Positions 59,766 to 64,000 of a stretch of DNA of 64,000 nt are shown here, piece by piece. The DNA comes from Polyangiaceae bacterium. GTDB lineage: Bacteria > Myxococcota_A > Polyangia > Polyangiales > Polyangiaceae. Location of the stretch: NCBI GenBank assembly GCA_044376115.1, contig JBILLK010000025.1, positions 32,001-96,000 on the forward strand. The letters are read 5' to 3'. The stretch's first letter is position 1, and every line of letters begins with the position of its first letter. The notes under the pieces were generated by a model. That model was not told where the DNA came from. It made no database searches and was given only the letters and a program-made list of their open reading frames with translations. The position numbers and the translations under genes were made by a program.

Positions 59766-62114
59766 CTACCCGTTGAGTTTGATGGCGCCAGATCGGGCGT
59801 TGAAGACCGCAGGGGCGACCAGATTGACGGTGTTGCCTTGGAGGGTCAGCGTCCCCTCCGACTCGACCCCCACGCTCTCGCCGCTGATCTCGATGGCGCT
59901 GGCATCAACCGTGATTGAGCCGGCCGTCATGCAGATCGACGCGCCGCCGACCTTGAGCCGAATCGAGCCTGGCGTGATGGTGAGGCTCGAACCGCCGACG
60001 CTCACCTTGAACAGCGCGCTGTGAATCTGCGTGCAGATCGGCGAGGTCACCAGCAGCGGCCCGCCGATGTGTTCGCTGTTGGGCCCGCTCACCACCATGT
60101 TGCGGACGCCCTGAACGTTGAGGACCTCGGAGCCCATGATGGTGGAGATGCGCCCGCTGTCGCACCACAAGGACTCGACGCCCGTGATCACGGTGGAGCG
60201 CGTTTCCCCGACAAGATGCAGCTCGCGAGCCACGTAGCTCGTGGTTGCGTCCTTCGTCACGGTGACGTCCTCGGTGCCCGAGATGGCGTGCGTCCTGTTT
60301 CCCTTGACGGTGTTGCTTTGATCGCCGTCCACAGCGTCGGATTGGTTGCCGCCGACCGAGTTGCTTTGGTTGCCGCCGACCGACGTCGAGTGGTTGGCCA
60401 GCACCACCTCGTTCAAATTGCGTTGGGCATGGATGAAGACCTCCTCTTTGCCCGCGTCGTCATCGAAGCGAAGCTCATTGAAGCCGTCGCTGTTGGGGCT
60501 CGACTTGGTTTTGATCGTGCTGATCGTCGGCTTGTCGTACTCGACGGGTTGAATCGCGTTGTGCACGCGCCCAACCACCAGCGGCCGATCCGGATCGCCA
60601 TTCATGTACGCGACCAGCACCTCCTGGCCGACGCGCGGAGTGAAGATGTGCCCGTAGCCTGCGCCGGCCCACGCTTGGGAGACGCGGACCCAGGTGGAGG
60701 ACGGTCGACCAGGCTCGACCCGTTCATCCCAGGGGAAGCGGAGGCGCACGTCCCCTCGTTCATTGCGATGGATCTCCGGCGGGCTGCTCGCCTCTTCGGC
60801 CGAAACGACGGCCGTGTGAACGCCGTCGATGCGTGGACGCGGGGTGCGCAGCTCGGGCCGAAAGGTGAGCTCGGCCGGCAATAGCTCGAGCGCGTTCTCG
60901 TAGATGGGCGCGTCGTGCTTGCGACCAAAAAGCCCAAACGGCTCGAAGTCTAGGCTGGTTTCCTCCGGTAGGAGCTGGGTCGCGAAGGTCGAAACGGCGA
61001 TGCACACGAGCTCTTGTTCGCTGTGAACACCGCTGTCATCGCGGAGTTGGAAGCGCAGGCCAGCGACGAGCGCGCGGTGCGTACCGATGGCCTCCTGCAT
61101 GGAGCGTTGCACCGCCTTTCGTTGTTGAGCGAGAGCGGCCGGCGTGACGCACGGAGGGCTCACCGCTTCGTCGCGCGACGGATAACGACGCTCGAGGAAG
61201 ACGCTTTGGTCGGGTTCGGTCTCACCGCCGGTGAGCGGCGTATCCAGCCCGAGTCCGAGCTGCGGCGCTTGCGGCCGCGCCGGATCGAAGTCGCGCACCT
61301 CGACCGAACCCCACTGCAGCGAGGCCCGGCGTTTCAGCGCCCGTACGCACTCGCGACTCTTCGCCCCGACGCCTTTGAACGAGTGGCGGAAAGGCACAAC
61401 GTCCTCTCCCTCGAACGCCGACGGGGAGCCCGGCAAGTCGGTGATGCGCAGCGTGCTCGCCCCTGGCTCCTGGTCGATGACGAAGGAGAGTCCTTCTTCC
61501 TCGAGCAAGCGGTTCAGGAACGCGAAGTCCGATTCGTTGTATTGCACCGTGTAGGCGCGCAGCTGCGGGTCCTGCAAGCGCGCGGTATCCGCGACGTCGA
61601 TTCGATAGCGCTCCTCCGGCGGCTCGTAGTGATCCCACGCAAGGTTGCCCTGGCCCGACGCTCCCTTCGAACTCAGCCCGCCGCGTCCGAGCGGCTCGTC
61701 GTGCGAGCGATTCTCGAGCACGTGAGCGAGGATGTCGCCCAGCGTTTGATCGACGAAGGTGCGGCTGCGAAGCCGCTGTGTTGCGCGGAAGAAGGCCGGC
61801 ACCAGGCGCACGCCGTAAAGAGCGAGCTCGCTGGTGCGGTCCAGCTCTTCCACCGACGCGACGATGCCGTGCACCTCGCGCCAACGCGTCTCGGTGGCGA
61901 TGCGCAAGGTGGCTGGCCCGTTCAACAGCGAATAAGCGGTGAAGGGCCCTTCATCGACCAGGCGACGAAGCACGATCTCGTAGCAGAACAGTTCGCCGAT
62001 GGCCTCTCGAGACCGCCAGCGTACGACCTGCGGTCCCGCCCAGCCCTCGAGCGGAGTTCCCAATACATAGTCCGGGCGATTGCCTCGGAGCGCGGCTTGG
62101 AGTTCGTTCGACAT
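59766..62114 (-). CDS. vgrG: Type VI secretion spike protein VgrG (TssI)
   Basis: QYNESDFAFLNRLLEEEG, WVRVSQAWAG.GYG..FTPRVGQEVLV, GDPDRP, FNELRFDD..GKEE, VGGNQSNS gp5 octapeptide repeats; no C-terminal toxin. Confidence 0.95.
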   Translation of the reverse strand: MSNELQAALRGNRPDYVLGTPLEGWAGPQVVRWRSREAIGELFCYEIVLRRLVDEGPFTAYSLLNGPATLRIATETRWREVHGIVASVEELDRTSELALYGVRLVPAFFRATQRLRSRTFVDQTLGDILAHVLENRSHDEPLGRGGLSSKGASGQGNLAWDHYEPPEERYRIDVADTARLQDPQLRAYTVQYNESDFAFLNRLLEEEGLSFVIDQEPGASTLRITDLPGSPSAFEGEDVVPFRHSFKGVGAKSRECVRALKRRASLQWGSVEVRDFDPARPQAPQLGLGLDTPLTGGETEPDQSVFLERRYPSRDEAVSPPCVTPAALAQQRKAVQRSMQEAIGTHRALVAGLRFQLRDDSGVHSEQELVCIAVSTFATQLLPEETSLDFEPFGLFGRKHDAPIYENALELLPAELTFRPELRTPRPRIDGVHTAVVSAEEASSPPEIHRNERGDVRLRFPWDERVEPGRPSSTWVRVSQAWAGAGYGHIFTPRVGQEVLVAYMNGDPDRPLVVGRVHNAIQPVEYDKPTISTIKTKSSPNSDGFNELRFDDDAGKEEVFIHAQRNLNEVVLANHSTSVGGNQSNSVGGNQSDAVDGDQSNTVKGNRTHAISGTEDVTVTKDATTSYVARELHLVGETRSTVITGVESLWCDSGRISTIMGSEVLNVQGVRNMVVSGPNSEHIGGPLLVTSPICTQIHSALFKVSVGGSSLTITPGSIRLKVGGASICMTAGSITVDASAIEISGESVGVESEGTLTLQGNTVNLVAPAVFNARSGAIKLNG

Positions 62115-62218
62115 GCAACCTCTCTTGAGGTCCGCGAACGGCCGCGTTCCTCAAAAGGGATATCGAGTCGAGGTCGAAAACGTGGACAGCAAAAGTTTGG
62201 CTCGCACCAATTCGCTGC

Positions 62219-62902
62219 TCAGTTGTAAACGCGCAGGACCTTCCCGTTGGCCGCGTAACTTACGTAGCCCGAGCGTCGGGGGGCATCGACGTATACGTTG
62301 ACAACCAGTCCGTCGCCAGGGATCAGGTTATTGTGGATGACAACGTGCGTGACGGTTGCGCCTTCGACTTGGCTGTTGCGAGGAGCGGCATCAATCATGC
62401 CCTTGAGCGCCGCCAGGTTGATGTCCTGCTCCAAGTCGAAGGTCGTGTTGCGCAGCTTCTCGAGGGTTGGTTTGCTGCTGAACTTGATGGGCGCTGGCTC
62501 AGCGAATCGATGGCCATTCAGCCAGTACTCGTCCAAGTTGAGGGGCTCGCGAGGATCCTGAAGTTGAAATCGGGCGCTGTGCGGCCTGAACGAGAACCTC
62601 GTGACGCGGCAAGGCTTGCAGCCGGTCTTTTCGCGCAGGCGGGTAAGGATATCTTGCGGCGTTGCTAGGTAATTCACAGGCGGCGGGAGCTCTGTCGCCG
62701 GGAACGCGCTCGGGCTGGTTGTGGGCTCTGGCGCTTGGGCCGTGGGCTCACGTTTGGTGCTACGACGAGGCTCGTCGCTCTCGTCACGCTCGTGGGTTTC
62801 GGCGCTACGACGCTCGGACTTGGCACGCTTGATCCAAGCGTCGAGATCGCAGCCGAGGGTCAATAAGGGAAGGGCGAGGATCAGTGCAGCGGCTCGGTTC
62901 AT
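62219..62902 (-). CDS. Hypothetical lipoprotein
   Basis: MNRAAALILALPLLTLGC lipobox; Pro-rich linker; CKPC. Confidence 0.7.
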   Translation of the reverse strand: MNRAAALILALPLLTLGCDLDAWIKRAKSERRSAETHERDESDEPRRSTKREPTAQAPEPTTSPSAFPATELPPPVNYLATPQDILTRLREKTGCKPCRVTRFSFRPHSARFQLQDPREPLNLDEYWLNGHRFAEPAPIKFSSKPTLEKLRNTTFDLEQDINLAALKGMIDAAPRNSQVEGATVTHVVIHNNLIPGDGLVVNVYVDAPRRSGYVSYAANGKVLRVYN

Positions 62903-62991
62903 GGTCTTGCTCCCAGGGGTCGAAATTGACCGGAGGTGGTTGGGGTCAAGGAGATATCGGCGCCCCACGCCAACCATGGACAGGCATCGAA

Positions 62992-63213
62992 CCGCTGTGC
63001 GAGGGTCAGGCGCGACATTGCGCCGAGTCTCGCGGTGACAGCGGGCGATGTGTCGCAGCGAGCCGGGCACGCGGCCGCTGTGCGAGGGTCAGGCGCGATA
63101 TTGCGCCGAGTCTCGAGGTGATAGCGTGCGATGTGTCGCAGCGAGCCGGGCAAGCGGCCGCTAGGCGAGGGTCAGGCGCGACATTGCGCCGAGTCTCGCG
63201 GTGACAGCGTGCG
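62992..63213. repeat. 83-bp tandem repeat, about 2.7 copies, internally palindromic
   Basis: Units start at 62992, 63075 and 63158 and differ by only a few substitutions. Confidence 0.92.
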
Positions 63214-63337
63214 GTCCATTCGCGATCTACGCTCCGCCACACCGCGAAAAACTGTCCATCTTCGACGTGAGCCGCCGATAACTGGTTGTGGCTGCTAAAC
63301 ACGCGGTGGTTCTTCCAAGCTTCGAGTCGGGTGAGAA

Positions 63338-64000
63338 ATGGCCAAGCGAGTAGCGAACGTTGCCTTCTTGATCGCAGTCTGCAGCTTGTACCTGCTCGTG
63401 GTCGTGGCTGGCTTCGAGCCGTTCGAGCTGGACGAGGAGGCGATGCCGTACGCCGTCTGGCTCGGAATCATCGGCCCGATCATGGTCGGTGTGATCGCTT
63501 CCGCGCTGGAGAGTGATGTAAGGCGTGGGCAGGCAAAGGCGGCCTTCATGGCCTTCGGCGCGCAGCGAGGGCTTGCTCCCGAGATGCACTACGGGATCGG
63601 CGGCGTGGTGGGCGAGCTGCGGGTGCGCTTCGAGCTGCAGTTCGTGGGGCGCCGCCATAACCACACTCCTTCGAGTCCAACCCACTTGGTCTTCTCTGCC
63701 TATGGACCGCACTCGGCACATTGGCCCGCGGAGACGAGCGTGATCTTCGACAGCTCCGGCCCGGGCTGGGACCAGGACCTCCCCACCGCGGTCTCCCCGC
63801 AGTTCGATGGGCCCCGCTTCACACGCACCCGTTTTCCGGTGCCGGCGGTGAGCGCGGTGGGGCAACGGTTGGACGGGCCTCACTACCAAGCGTTGCCGCA
63901 CCATCGGCGCCTGGGCTACCTCCCGCTGCACCCCGAGCTTCAGGCTCGGCTACTGCAGCGCGATTGGATCGTGTCGGTGTACGCCGGGCGCATCCAACTG
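63338..64000 (+). CDS. Hypothetical membrane protein (partial, runs off the window)
   Basis: ATG 63338, MAKRVANVAFLIAVCSLYLLVVVAG..., two N-terminal TMs, open to 64000. Confidence 0.6.
   Translation, partial: MAKRVANVAFLIAVCSLYLLVVVAGFEPFELDEEAMPYAVWLGIIGPIMVGVIASALESDVRRGQAKAAFMAFGAQRGLAPEMHYGIGGVVGELRVRFELQFVGRRHNHTPSSPTHLVFSAYGPHSAHWPAETSVIFDSSGPGWDQDLPTAVSPQFDGPRFTRTRFPVPAVSAVGQRLDGPHYQALPHHRRLGYLPLHPELQARLLQRDWIVSVYAGRIQL

Noticed and set aside
60290..60395. 24-nt repeats in vgrG as a separate element
   Set aside because: They encode the normal gp5 octapeptide beta-helix repeats.
55713..62114. Prophage tail region
   Set aside because: No capsid, terminase, integrase or tape-measure genes; the gene content is T6SS-accessory.
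62992..63213. CRISPR array
   Set aside because: Units are contiguous 83-bp copies with no unique spacers, and no cas genes are present.
62884..63302. Short ORFs over the repeat and the N-terminal extension of the 62219 ORF
   Set aside because: They are by-products of the 83-bp repeat; the lipoprotein signal starts at 62902.

Overview
GC-rich chromosomal window with myxobacterial (Polyangiaceae-like) hallmarks: many lipoproteins with Gly/Ser linkers, eukaryotic-type Ser/Thr kinases, PEGA/TPR proteins and an orphan vgrG cluster. About 50 CDS. In order: comM; a beta-propeller/di-haem cytochrome c; a cobalamin riboswitch controlling an orphan lipoprotein; recA-ssb; a lipid-remodelling cluster; a kinase-STAND-TM-propeller protein; a surface-polysaccharide region (ugd, GT, Wzy-like, acetyl/acyltransferases, two glycan-active enzymes); an ABC exporter; a kinase-PEGA-lipoprotein triad; alpha-2-macroglobulin; a pseudokinase-kinase tandem divergent from a coupled GAF / cytoplasmic S8 protease / TPR operon; and a vgrG - mini-spike - DUF2169 - PAAR-like - DUF2169 cluster preceded by a structured 83-bp tandem repeat. 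No rRNA, tRNA, CRISPR array, transposase or integrase was recognised. Best candidates for undescribed biology: (1) the GAF-S8-TPR(degenerate cyclase) module with its pseudokinase-kinase neighbour; (2) the B12-riboswitch-controlled lipoprotein; (3) sigma54-type promoters in front of both comM and recA-ssb, with an SSB lacking the acidic tip; (4) the effector-less VgrG/double-DUF2169 cluster. All family calls come from motif recognition by eye, with no database searches. Several start codons were chosen downstream of the ORF-track starts.
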